A DNA stretch of 64,000 nt from Bacteroidota bacterium (lineage in GTDB: Bacteria; Bacteroidota; Bacteroidia; NS11-12g; UBA955): positions 3,927-67,926 of the forward strand of contig JAURGZ010000002.1 of assembly GCA_030833525.1 (NCBI GenBank), given 5' to 3'. A model generated the notes under the pieces. It was not told where the DNA came from, did not search any database, and saw only the letters and a list, made by a program, of their open reading frames with translations. Positions within the stretch are counted from its first letter, which is position 1; the number at the start of each line of letters is the position of its first letter. The translations under genes were made by a program, and so were the position numbers. Shown here piece by piece: positions 8,918 to 18,444 of this stretch.

Positions 8918-11857
8918 TTACTGTTTCTTTTTAGAAGTAAAGTCGATCACTACAGGAGTAGCGATGCAGATAGAGGAATAGGTACCCACTATTACACCTA
9001 CCAACAAGGCCATGGAGAAGCTCTTCAAAGCATCACCACCGAAGATGAATAGAATGGTCAATACCAAGAATACGGTAGCCGCGGTTACGATGGTACGACT
9101 CAAGGTACTGTTGATAGCGTCGTTGATCATGACTGCGTTGTTTTTCTCTGTGCGACGCTCGGTCAAGTATTCGCGAATACGGTCAAACACGATCACGGTA
9201 TCGTTGATCGAGTAACCCAACAAAGTCAACAAGGCTGCAATCAAATGCTGATCGAATTCAGTGGGGAATGGCACTACACCATCCAACATAACGAATACCG
9301 ACAATACCACTGCCACGTCATGGATCAAGGCTACGGTAGCACCCAAACCATAACTCACGCTACGGAATCGGAACATGATGTACAAGAAGATACCCACGAC
9401 AGCCAAAAGCACCAGGAATGCACTCTTGTTGCGGGTGCTAGTGGCGATGGCGGCACCTACTTTGGAACTGCTCAAAATGGGCCCTTCGCCGTCGGCGTTT
9501 TTCACCATTTCAAACTTCGCTTCCAATGCTTTGACCACGTCTTGAGCTACTTTCTCACGAGCCTCGCGAGAATCTTCGTTCAACAAATAAGTAGTCACGA
9601 TGCGGAATTGACCGTCAGTACCGAAAGTTTTCACTTCGTTGCTGCTCTCAGTCAAAGCGGCATTCAAGGTCTCTTTGATGTCTTCAGCTCGGTAATTCTT
9701 CTCAGGATTGAATTGAACGATGTAAGCGTTACCGCCCTTAAAGTCAATACCCGTGCTGATTCCACCTTTCATGATGAAGGTTACGATACCCATGGCGATG
9801 AACGCCAAAGAACCGATGTAGAAATAGCGACGCTTGCTGACAAAATCAATGTTGGCTCCTTTCAAGAAACCGCGGTTCCATGAGGTATCAAATGCAATTT
9901 CTTTGCCTGAGTCGGCGCGGCGGTCCAACAACAAACGCGTGATGAACAAGGCCGTAAACAAGGAAGAGAAAATACCGATGACCAAAATCACGGCAAATCC
10001 ATATACAGGACCTGCACCGGCGAAGGTCATCAAGAATCCAGCCAACAAAGTCGTGATGTTAGAGTCAATGATCGCACTCAAGGCATGTTTGAAACCATCG
10101 TTGATGGCTGATTTCAACCCTTTACCTGCAGCCATTTCGTCTTTGATGCGTTCGTAAATCAGTACGTTCGCGTCAACTGCCATACCGACAGTCAAGATGA
10201 TACCGGCCATACCGGGAAGTGTCAAGGCTGCTCCCAAAGAAGACAACACACCCAAGATGATGAATACGTTACCCAACACCGCCACGATGGAAATCCAGCC
10301 GGCGCGGTTGTAGTACAGAATCATGAACAGAACGGTTGACAAGAAACCGAACAACAAGGAGTTCAAACCGCGCTGAATCGAAGCATCACCCAAAGAAGGA
10401 CCGACTACTTCGCTCGCCACGATGCGAGCGGGTGCGGGAAGTTTACCCGCCTTCAGAACGTTGGCCAAGTCTTGGGCTTCGCGAATGTCGAAGTTGCCGC
10501 TGATTTGGCTCTGACCGCCACCAATTTTTTCGTTTACTACGGGAGCAGAATAAACCCGGTCGTCCAACACAATGGCGATGAACTTGCCTACGTTAGCACC
10601 CGTCACTTGGGCCCAACGTGAAGCGGCTGTGGGGGTCATGGTCATGCTGACTTCCAATTGACCGGTTTGGTTGGTATTCTCACGAGCATCCGCGATGATG
10701 TTCTCGTCATCTGAAGACAAGGCGGCATTTCCATCGCGATCGCGCTTCAAGAAATACACCAAGTACTCATCAGAGTTTTGAATTTCTTTACCCTGGGCGT
10801 CGTATTCGGTAGGCTTCGCACTGAAAGCTACTTTCACAGAAGGCTCCAATACCGATTGGAATTGAGGCTGCTCGAGCATGGTAACCAAACGATCGCGGTC
10901 GGCTGATTTCACGACACACATGGCTGAACCCTGGCCATTGCCATAGGTGCGCAAGATGCTGGCCAAGGGGGCCGAACTCATATCCTCTTCAGGAGCCGCT
11001 GCAACAGCCGTGGTATCGATGCCTTCAGCAGCAGTCGTATCTTCTTCAACCACTACATTGCCCATTTTTGATGCTTTGTACAAGTCGTTCAAAATGCGGG
11101 CCGCCTCTTGGCTGGTGGCTGAATTGCTGTATACTTCGTAGAATTCCAATTTGGCGCTTTTCTCTACCAAATCTTCCATGCGGCGAGGATTGTCTACACC
11201 GGGCAATTCCACGCTGATGCGACCTCCGTCAACCTTCTGAATGGTAGGTTGAGTCACGTTCGACTGGTTGATGCGTTTTTCAACTACCTCGAATACGCGA
11301 TTGATGGCGCTCTCAGTCTCTACTTCCAACATGGATTTCACCTCTTCATCACCCGATGATGATTTGATCGTACCGCGGTTTCCTTTGGCGAAAACGTAAG
11401 CGGGCTTGCGATCAGGATTGGCCTTCTTGAATTGCTCCATGAACACCTCTACGTAATCACCGCCTTCGTTGCGAATGATGTTGTCAGTAGCGGCAATGGC
11501 TTTCAACAAACCGGCGTCTTTGTTATCGTTGGCCAAACCTTTGATGATGGCGCCTTTGTCAACCTCCAAAATCACGTTCATACCCCCGCGCAAATCCAGA
11601 CCGAGATTGATCTCGCGCTGTTTGCACTCGAAATAGGTATAATTTGCGATACCCAGGTTGTAAAACTCCTTATTGCCCAAGCTATCGATGTAACGGCGGT
11701 ACATTTCCTTTTCAGAAAAACCGAGTTTAGCTTGCTTTTGAGCAAAAGAACGGGCTTGTGATTCAAAGTTTCGGGCCTTCCAAGTGAAAGACAACTGGTA
11801 CAAACAGGCCAGTGCCAAGATTACGGAAAAACCTACAATGGATTTATTGGTTTTCAT
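8918..11857 (-). CDS. secDF: Protein translocase subunit SecDF (fused SecD-SecF)
   Basis: 979 aa. Twelve-TM architecture with a large periplasmic domain and conserved SecD/SecF blocks. The SecD-SecF fusion is typical of Bacteroidota. Confidence 0.9.
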   Translation of the reverse strand: MKTNKSIVGFSVILALACLYQLSFTWKARNFESQARSFAQKQAKLGFSEKEMYRRYIDSLGNKEFYNLGIANYTYFECKQREINLGLDLRGGMNVILEVDKGAIIKGLANDNKDAGLLKAIAATDNIIRNEGGDYVEVFMEQFKKANPDRKPAYVFAKGNRGTIKSSSGDEEVKSMLEVETESAINRVFEVVEKRINQSNVTQPTIQKVDGGRISVELPGVDNPRRMEDLVEKSAKLEFYEVYSNSATSQEAARILNDLYKASKMGNVVVEEDTTAAEGIDTTAVAAAPEEDMSSAPLASILRTYGNGQGSAMCVVKSADRDRLVTMLEQPQFQSVLEPSVKVAFSAKPTEYDAQGKEIQNSDEYLVYFLKRDRDGNAALSSDDENIIADARENTNQTGQLEVSMTMTPTAASRWAQVTGANVGKFIAIVLDDRVYSAPVVNEKIGGGQSQISGNFDIREAQDLANVLKAGKLPAPARIVASEVVGPSLGDASIQRGLNSLLFGFLSTVLFMILYYNRAGWISIVAVLGNVFIILGVLSSLGAALTLPGMAGIILTVGMAVDANVLIYERIKDEMAAGKGLKSAINDGFKHALSAIIDSNITTLLAGFLMTFAGAGPVYGFAVILVIGIFSSLFTALFITRLLLDRRADSGKEIAFDTSWNRGFLKGANIDFVSKRRYFYIGSLAFIAMGIVTFIMKGGISTGIDFKGGNAYIVQFNPEKNYRAEDIKETLNAALTESSNEVKTFGTDGQFRIVTTYLLNEDSREAREKVAQDVVKALEAKFEMVKNADGEGPILSSSKVGAAIATSTRNKSAFLVLLAVVGIFLYIMFRFRSVSYGLGATVALIHDVAVVLSVFVMLDGVVPFPTEFDQHLIAALLTLLGYSINDTVIVFDRIREYLTERRTEKNNAVMINDAINSTLSRTIVTAATVFLVLTILFIFGGDALKSFSMALLVGVIVGTYSSICIATPVVIDFTSKKKQ

Positions 11858-11934
11858 TTGTGTTGATTCAAAGAGAATAAATACGGGTCGCGAAAATAAG
11901 CAAAAAATGCTTCCAAAAAGGCCCCAAATCGCGC

Positions 11935-12876
11935 CTAATCAAGATTTTCTAACTCAGCCACAATGGCCTCAGCCTTTTGATTCATCATGCACCGAAAATG
12001 GCCCTTGGGGCAACGGTCATGCCCAAACTTGGTGCACGGACGGCAATCCAAATCTTGAACTTGATGATGGGTAACGCGAGCACCCGGCCATTGCCCTGGA
12101 CTCAAACCGTATAATGGATGCGTATTGCCCCAAATTACCTGTAACGGCTTGCCCAATGCAGCCGCCCAGTGAGCCATACCTGTATCTCCAGAGATTACGA
12201 CTGAACTTCCTTGAATCAAGCGCTGAGATGCGAACAAGGATTGGCCGCAGTGAATTTGCACTTGCAATCCCGCATTGAGCATGGCATGCAATTCCTGCGC
12301 ACGACTTAAATCATCAGATCCACCCAGCAGCACCCAAGAACCGCCTGCTCGATTGAGTACATCGGCGCACAAAGACAAGGGTATTTGCTTGGTGGCATAA
12401 GTCCCCCCTAACACCAATACGCGATAAGTCCCTTCGCCCGTCTGAGCGGATCGAACAGGCCACAAGCCCTGAATGTCGGCCCCGCTAGCCAAGAGCGGTT
12501 TGGCTGCCTGAAGCAAGCGAGTTTGAAAGGGAGTGACGGGCCATTTCAGGCCAAGGGCATGTGCCCCTTTTTTCCAAGCCTCTTTGGAAACCCTGTATAC
12601 TGCTGCAGGCCAAAGCCAGGCTGAAATGAGCCTGGATCGCAGGTTGTTGTGCGCATCGATCACGGCATCAAAACCCAAATTCCTCAAGTCATTGGCCTCT
12701 GCAAAAGAAGTCCAAGCGTGCACCCGAAGCGGTTCTGCATAATCGTCAAACAAAGCACAATTGCTCGGCTTGGTAATCAAATGCAGTTCATGCCCTTGGT
12801 TCATCAATGCACGCAACAAGGGCTCTATCATGATGATATCTCCCAGCGCACTCAAGCGAACCACGGCGATTTTCAT
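11935..12876 (-). CDS. Glycosyltransferase family 9 (ADP-heptose:LPS heptosyltransferase-like)
   Basis: MKIAVVRLSALGDIIM N-terminus and a GDTGMAHWAAALGKP C-terminal motif typical of GT9. ATG at 12876 overlaps the upstream TGA (ATGA). Confidence 0.7.
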   Translation of the reverse strand: MKIAVVRLSALGDIIMIEPLLRALMNQGHELHLITKPSNCALFDDYAEPLRVHAWTSFAEANDLRNLGFDAVIDAHNNLRSRLISAWLWPAAVYRVSKEAWKKGAHALGLKWPVTPFQTRLLQAAKPLLASGADIQGLWPVRSAQTGEGTYRVLVLGGTYATKQIPLSLCADVLNRAGGSWVLLGGSDDLSRAQELHAMLNAGLQVQIHCGQSLFASQRLIQGSSVVISGDTGMAHWAAALGKPLQVIWGNTHPLYGLSPGQWPGARVTHHQVQDLDCRPCTKFGHDRCPKGHFRCMMNQKAEAIVAELENLD

Positions 12877-14510
12877 GGGCGTTTGGTTTTTTGCTTTTCG
12901 AGATAAGCCTCGAATTCTGCGCCAGACAAGGCATTCAATGTAAACTCTTTCAACAACCCTCCTTTGGCCGCCGATAACACCCCCCAATGCATGTCCTTCA
13001 AACCCGATTGTTCGTGCGCATCGGGATTGATGGAGAGCATCACTTCCTTTTTCTGCGCATAATCGACATATCGCCAATCCATATCCAATCGATAGGGATG
13101 GGCATTGATCTCAATGGCGACCCCATTGTCGGCGCAGGCATCGATGATCTTTCGATGGTCAACGGGATACCCAGAGCGCATCAGCAACAACCGGCCCGTC
13201 ATATGACCCAATATGGTGGTGTAAGGATTCTCAATGGCCCGAATCAGGCGCTGCATGGCTCGATCCAAATCCATCTTCAACACCGCGTGAATGGAAGCCA
13301 CCACGAAATCCAGCTGAGCCAAGGTTTCGGAATCGTAATCCAAGGATCCGTCGAGGAGAATATCGCTTTCTATGCCCTTGAAAATTCGACACTTGGGTTG
13401 CCCCGAGTTCCATCGATCTACCTCTTGGCCTTGCTGAAGCAGCCGTTCAACAGAGAGTCCTCCCGCATAGGCTGCCGTTTTGGAATGATCGCAAACGCCA
13501 AAATATTCCAACCCCATGCGCTCTGCCGCCTTGGCCATTTCTTCCAAGCTATTGAGGCCGTCGCTATAATGGGTATGGTTGTGCAAGGTTCCACGCAAAT
13601 GTTCATAAGCGATGGGAGTACCCTGGAGATACTCAAATTCCCCTACTCCCTCGCGTTGCCAAACGGGTATAAACGGCTTACCCAGCTGCTGGTAGGTAGC
13701 CAAATCTGAACCGGCCCATTTCGAGGAATCATAACCCAGAGCCGACAAGTGCGCGCCCTCTGAACTGCTCTCAAAAAGCGCTCGCTCAAATTGATCGGGG
13801 GCTACCAAGCGATGGCGATAGCGAAGCCCATTTTCGTCGACCCATTGATATACGGTTTCCTCTTGCGTGGCCTCAATGCCCTGCTGCTTCAATACGGGTT
13901 CAATTTCGCAATCGCTGATGAAGTCGAGTTGCTCCAAGGTATCGCAGTGGCGAGCCAAGGCCCCGGTAAAGGAATGTCGACCGCCTTGTGCCTGGGCTGC
14001 CGCGAGCCAAGATTGAGCCAGCGGATAAGCCCTCGCCAAATGAACCTGACCCGTGGAGGCCATGGCGAACTCAATGGCCTTGATGAGTTCAGCCTGAGTC
14101 TTGGGCCCGAAGCCCGACCACTCGACCAGGCGATTCTCTCGGCAAGCATCCAACAAGTCTTCGACCGTTTCTACGCCGTAATCTTGCCATAGGGTTTTGG
14201 CTTTTTTGGGACCCAATCCTTTTATCTTCAACATGGACAACACGCCCTCTGGCGTGCGTTGCACCAATTCTTGCAGGGCCGCGAATTGACCCATTTCTGT
14301 GATCTCACGAATGGCTTGTACGACCGATTTACCAACCCCGGGCAAAGCCAACAATTGCTCAGCCGACAAATCAGCCAAAGGATCTTTGATTTTCTTCAGG
14401 TTGAAGGCGGCCGAAGAAAAGGCCCTGATTTTAAAGGGATTCTCATCGTGAAGTTCACCCAATTTGGCATACAAATTCAGGTAGCCCAGTATGCTGGCGT
14501 TATCCATCAC
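12873..14510 (-). CDS. PolX-family protein: helix-hairpin-helix N-terminal region plus C-terminal PHP (histidinol-phosphatase-like) phosphoesterase domain
   Basis: HhH motifs (LPGVGKSVVQAI, IKGLGPKKAKTL). PHP motifs (LHNHTHYSDG, GVCDHS, INAHP). The polymerase palm region looks degenerate (no clear GS-RRG/DxD). Confidence 0.7.
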   Translation of the reverse strand: MMDNASILGYLNLYAKLGELHDENPFKIRAFSSAAFNLKKIKDPLADLSAEQLLALPGVGKSVVQAIREITEMGQFAALQELVQRTPEGVLSMLKIKGLGPKKAKTLWQDYGVETVEDLLDACRENRLVEWSGFGPKTQAELIKAIEFAMASTGQVHLARAYPLAQSWLAAAQAQGGRHSFTGALARHCDTLEQLDFISDCEIEPVLKQQGIEATQEETVYQWVDENGLRYRHRLVAPDQFERALFESSSEGAHLSALGYDSSKWAGSDLATYQQLGKPFIPVWQREGVGEFEYLQGTPIAYEHLRGTLHNHTHYSDGLNSLEEMAKAAERMGLEYFGVCDHSKTAAYAGGLSVERLLQQGQEVDRWNSGQPKCRIFKGIESDILLDGSLDYDSETLAQLDFVVASIHAVLKMDLDRAMQRLIRAIENPYTTILGHMTGRLLLMRSGYPVDHRKIIDACADNGVAIEINAHPYRLDMDWRYVDYAQKKEVMLSINPDAHEQSGLKDMHWGVLSAAKGGLLKEFTLNALSGAEFEAYLEKQKTKRP

Positions 14511-15010
14511 GGCTCTACTCCTTCCCGCTTATCCCAATTGGCCCTGAACTCTTGGATTTCGCCACTCGCCAAGGCTTCATCGAAATCAACCCAAAACACA
14601 GTATTGCGAACATCGCCATGCAGATAGACCACTCGAGCCCAGCGCGTTTGCGAATTGGCCGTGGTCAAGGGAACCTCTTCAACCCCTAAAATAACCAGGG
14701 CTTTCCCGGCATACGAGGCTGGCAATTCAGCCGCATCAAAATCACCAGAACGAAAGAAACTTTCAAAAAATCCCTGACCTGTGGCAGTGTCGTATGCTTT
14801 CTCAACGCCCGTAAACCGGGTTTTTCGATAGGCATCAATGTGCACGAAATCCATTCCTTCTCCTCGACTCGAAACACCCAAGATGGCGGTATCGCCGCAA
14901 CCAATCTCCACTTCGACTTGTTCTTCGATTTGGCCAAACAAGGGGAAAATCCCCAACCCGATCAAGCAGCAGATGATTGCGCGCATCGCACGAAAATACC
15001 CTAGGATCAT
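14507..15010 (-). CDS. Hypothetical secreted protein
   Basis: Signal peptide (LIGLGIFPLFGQ). No recognisable motif. Start and stop overlap the neighbours by 4 nt (ATGA), so it sits inside an operon. Confidence 0.4.
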   Translation of the reverse strand: MILGYFRAMRAIICCLIGLGIFPLFGQIEEQVEVEIGCGDTAILGVSSRGEGMDFVHIDAYRKTRFTGVEKAYDTATGQGFFESFFRSGDFDAAELPASYAGKALVILGVEEVPLTTANSQTRWARVVYLHGDVRNTVFWVDFDEALASGEIQEFRANWDKREGVEP

Positions 15011-16152
15011 GGCTCAAGCAAACCCGCCAATTGGACTGCAACATCAGCGCCCAAGGCGACGCCCATGCCACCCATTCGAACGCCTGCCAGCAGCCCAGGA
15101 GCTATCGTTTTGACAATGGGTTCTCGACTCTCGGCCATGGCCATAATCCCAGCCCATTGCGACTCGATTTCGAATTCCTTGCCCGGGACTATGTGTTCCC
15201 GCAACATGCGCATCAAATGCGCCTGAATGGGAGCTGAGGTTTGCGATTCAAAGGTATGTTCACCACTAAAATCCTGGTTTCGCCCTCCCCCAATAAGCAG
15301 TCGGGTACCCAAAGAGCGCCAATAAAGATAACCTTCGTCAGCATGGAAAATACCCCTAAAAGGCAAGTCAGGGATGGGACTCGTGACCAAAACCTGGCCG
15401 CGCGCGGCTTGAACATCGAGCGAATCTTGCAGCCAGGAGCTGTAAGCATTGCTGCACAGAAAGACAGATTTGGCCTTGATATCCCAACCCAGGGCCAGGT
15501 TCAAGCGCCAATAAATCCCTTCAGCCTCTAATGCATGGACATGAACCCCTTCGTAAAGTTCAACACCCATGGAAAGCGCTTTTTGTCTCAAGGAGCGCAT
15601 CATCAGATGGGTTTGAATGGCTCCTTCTTGGGCGGCAAAAATGGCGGTATCGGCAAAATTCATTCCCAATGATTTCGCTGCTTTGGGCTGAAAAGGAAAT
15701 TGACCCGCGATGGCATGCAAATCTTGATTGAGGCTTTCGAGTTGATCGACCACCTTATGGGCCTCTTCTTGAGTTGGAAACATTTCCCAACCTCCAGAGG
15801 ATTCAAAACCCAATGCGGCATCGCCAAACTCTTGCCTCAGCGCATGCAAACCGCGAAAACGTCGCTCATACAGTCGATAGGCCGAATCCAGCGAACTGCG
15901 TTTAGCTTCATCGAGCAACTCCCCTGCCGAACCGTAACAGGCAAAACCAGCATTGCGCCAGCTGGCAGCAAAAAAATGAGACTTTTGGTCCAACACCCAA
16001 ACGCTGCGTCGGGGAAATTTTTCTTTGAGTCGAATGGAGGTAAGCAAGCCTACCAAACCAGCTCCAATTACAACGATATCGGCTCGATCCCACTCGCGTT
16101 TGACCCAAAAACTGGGGGCCGGAACGGGCAGATCAAGCAGCGATTTAGGCAT
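15007..16152 (-). CDS. FAD-dependent oxidoreductase (DAO family; glycine/D-amino-acid oxidase-like)
   Basis: N-terminal Rossmann motif DIVVIGAGLVGL. About 381 aa. 8-nt overlap with the purL stop. Confidence 0.7.
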   Translation of the reverse strand: MPKSLLDLPVPAPSFWVKREWDRADIVVIGAGLVGLLTSIRLKEKFPRRSVWVLDQKSHFFAASWRNAGFACYGSAGELLDEAKRSSLDSAYRLYERRFRGLHALRQEFGDAALGFESSGGWEMFPTQEEAHKVVDQLESLNQDLHAIAGQFPFQPKAAKSLGMNFADTAIFAAQEGAIQTHLMMRSLRQKALSMGVELYEGVHVHALEAEGIYWRLNLALGWDIKAKSVFLCSNAYSSWLQDSLDVQAARGQVLVTSPIPDLPFRGIFHADEGYLYWRSLGTRLLIGGGRNQDFSGEHTFESQTSAPIQAHLMRMLREHIVPGKEFEIESQWAGIMAMAESREPIVKTIAPGLLAGVRMGGMGVALGADVAVQLAGLLEP

Positions 16153-18370
16153 TCAAACGCGATGGCAATGCTTGGAAGTATCCCGATTCGAATTCGGCCA
16201 TGCTGCCCCAAACGCGACCATTCACCGTCACACTGGGACCTGTAACAGTGCCTATTTGAAGGGCTGGCACACCATGCTTAGCCGCTAATGCCAAGAGTGA
16301 CTCCAAACCGTCAAACGTGCAAGACACCAGAACACGACTTTGAGACTCTCCGAACAACCAAGCGTCGAGTCGGTATTCCTGCTGGCTGCAGATATCAAAA
16401 CCCAAGCCGCCGGCCAACGCCGACTCAAAAGCAGCTACAAATACACCACCTTCGCTGATGTCGTGCACCGATTGAATGGAATCGCGTCCAGCCAATTCTC
16501 CCAACAACCCGTGCAAGGTGTATTCGGTATCCAAATCAAAAGCGGGACAAGGAGAATATTCAACCCCACAGATTTTCGCCAAATACTGCGAAGACCCTAA
16601 ATCATTTTCGGGTTTACCCAACAATACGATGGCATCCCCTTCTTGCTTGAAATTCAAGCTCAAGCGTTTGGATTCGTGTTCCAACAAGCCCAACATGGCA
16701 ATTGTGGGGGTCGGATAAACGGCTTGGCCATTGCTGCTCTGGTTGTAGAAACTGACGTTACCACCGGTAACAGGAGTATCGAATTTGCGGCAGGCCTTCC
16801 CCATGCCGTCAATGGCGTGTTTGAATTGATAATAAACCTCTTCGTTATAGGGGTTACCAAAGTTCAAGCAATTGGAAATGGCGGTTGGCACCGCGCCGCT
16901 GCAACGAATGTTGCGCGCCGCTTCAGCAACGGCGATCTGTGTACCCTTATCGGGGTCTGCGTAGATGTACCGGCTGTTGCAATCAACGGTCAAAGCCAAA
17001 CTCTTGTGCGTACCCTTGACTTTGGCAATGGCCGCGTCAGAGGGCAAATTGGTGGTTTCGTTCACTGTACCGACCATTGAATCGTATTGATTGAACACCC
17101 ACTTTTTCGATGCAATGTTGGGCAAGGCTACCATTTTCGCAGCCACTTCTTGGGCTTTTTCCAAGCTCAAGTCAGGAATTGAATTCAAATCAAATTCAGC
17201 AATTTTCTGGAAGTATGCGGGCTCTTTCCAAGAGCGCTTGTAAACGGGAGCTCCCCCGCCTAACACCAGGGATTCAGCTGGAATATCGGCCTCCAAATCT
17301 TCACCCATGTAGTATCGAACGCGTTTGGTATCGGTCACGACTCCGATTTGGGCATAAGTCAAATCCCACTTTTCGAAAATGCGCTCAACGGCCGCTTCTT
17401 GTCCTTTTTGAACAATGACGAGCATGCGCTCTTGGCTTTCAGACAATAGCAGCTCCCAACCTTTCATGTCGGCTTGGCGCATGGGAACCTTATCGAGCCA
17501 AATGTCCATACCTACATCGCTTTTGGCGCTCATTTCGCTGGTCGAACAGGTGATACCGGCAGCACCCATATCTTGCATACCCACCACGGCTCCCGTTTCG
17601 ATGATTTCCAAACTGGCCTCCAAAATCAACTTCTCCCAGAAGGGATCACCGACTTGAACCGAAGGCAAATCGTTGATGGAGTCTTCACTCATGTCTTTGG
17701 AGGCAAAAGCCGCACCGTGTATGCCGTCTTTACCCGTAGCTGAGCCGAAAATATACACCGGGTTGCCGGCGGGTCCGGCCGCCGCTGAGATGCTCTTACC
17801 CACCTCGACAATGCCCGCACTCATGGCATTCACCAATATGTTCTGCTCGTAACAATCGTCAAAGTATACCTCGCCACCTACAGTGGGTATGCCAAAGGCA
17901 TTTCCGTAATCGCCGATCCCTTTGACAACACCCTTCACCAACCATTGGGTTCGGGCCGTGTCGATGTTTCCAAAACGCAAAGAATTCAATTGAGCGACGG
18001 GTCGCGCGCCCATGGAGAAAATATCGCGGTTGATGCCCCCAACACCCGTTGCAGCCCCTTGATAAGGCTCAATGGCTGAAGGGTGGTTATGACTCTCAAT
18101 TTTGAAACAACAGGCCAAACCGTCACCTATGTCTACCAAACCCGCATTCTCTTCACCCGCCATGGCCAGCATCTTGCTCCCTTCTTTGGGAAGGGTCTTG
18201 AGCCAGGTTATGGAGTTTTTGTAACTGCAATGTTCACTCCACATGACCGAATAGATCGACAACTCCGTAAAGTTGGGGGTGCGCCCTAAAATGGTACAGA
18301 TTTGATCAAACTCTTCAGCCAGCAAACCCAGTTGCTGGGCTTGTTCAACGGTAGCCAATTCCTGTTGCAT
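16145..18370 (-). CDS. purL: Phosphoribosylformylglycinamidine synthase subunit PurL (FGAM synthase II)
   Basis: PurL N-terminus (ICTILGRTPNFTELSIYSVMWSEHCSYKNS) and AIR-synthase-related domains. The ORF-track start at 18379 is TTG; ATG at 18370 is preferred, 4 nt downstream of a -7 box. Confidence 0.9.
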   Translation of the reverse strand: MQQELATVEQAQQLGLLAEEFDQICTILGRTPNFTELSIYSVMWSEHCSYKNSITWLKTLPKEGSKMLAMAGEENAGLVDIGDGLACCFKIESHNHPSAIEPYQGAATGVGGINRDIFSMGARPVAQLNSLRFGNIDTARTQWLVKGVVKGIGDYGNAFGIPTVGGEVYFDDCYEQNILVNAMSAGIVEVGKSISAAAGPAGNPVYIFGSATGKDGIHGAAFASKDMSEDSINDLPSVQVGDPFWEKLILEASLEIIETGAVVGMQDMGAAGITCSTSEMSAKSDVGMDIWLDKVPMRQADMKGWELLLSESQERMLVIVQKGQEAAVERIFEKWDLTYAQIGVVTDTKRVRYYMGEDLEADIPAESLVLGGGAPVYKRSWKEPAYFQKIAEFDLNSIPDLSLEKAQEVAAKMVALPNIASKKWVFNQYDSMVGTVNETTNLPSDAAIAKVKGTHKSLALTVDCNSRYIYADPDKGTQIAVAEAARNIRCSGAVPTAISNCLNFGNPYNEEVYYQFKHAIDGMGKACRKFDTPVTGGNVSFYNQSSNGQAVYPTPTIAMLGLLEHESKRLSLNFKQEGDAIVLLGKPENDLGSSQYLAKICGVEYSPCPAFDLDTEYTLHGLLGELAGRDSIQSVHDISEGGVFVAAFESALAGGLGFDICSQQEYRLDAWLFGESQSRVLVSCTFDGLESLLALAAKHGVPALQIGTVTGPSVTVNGRVWGSMAEFESGYFQALPSRLNA

Positions 18371-18377
18371 GTACCGC

Positions 18378-18385
18378 AAAGGTAC
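18378..18385 (-). promoter_or_regulatory. Bacteroidota -7 promoter box TACCTTTG (consensus TAnnTTTG), 7 nt upstream of the purL ATG
   Basis: Minus strand reads GTACCTTTGCGgtacATG. An identical 11-mer occurs upstream of the next gene (20570-20580). Confidence 0.4.
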
Positions 18386-18444
18386 AACCTCAATCAGGCC
18401 TTGATGAAATAGTTTTGGACAGGTTTTCCCGATTTAATCGGTTT

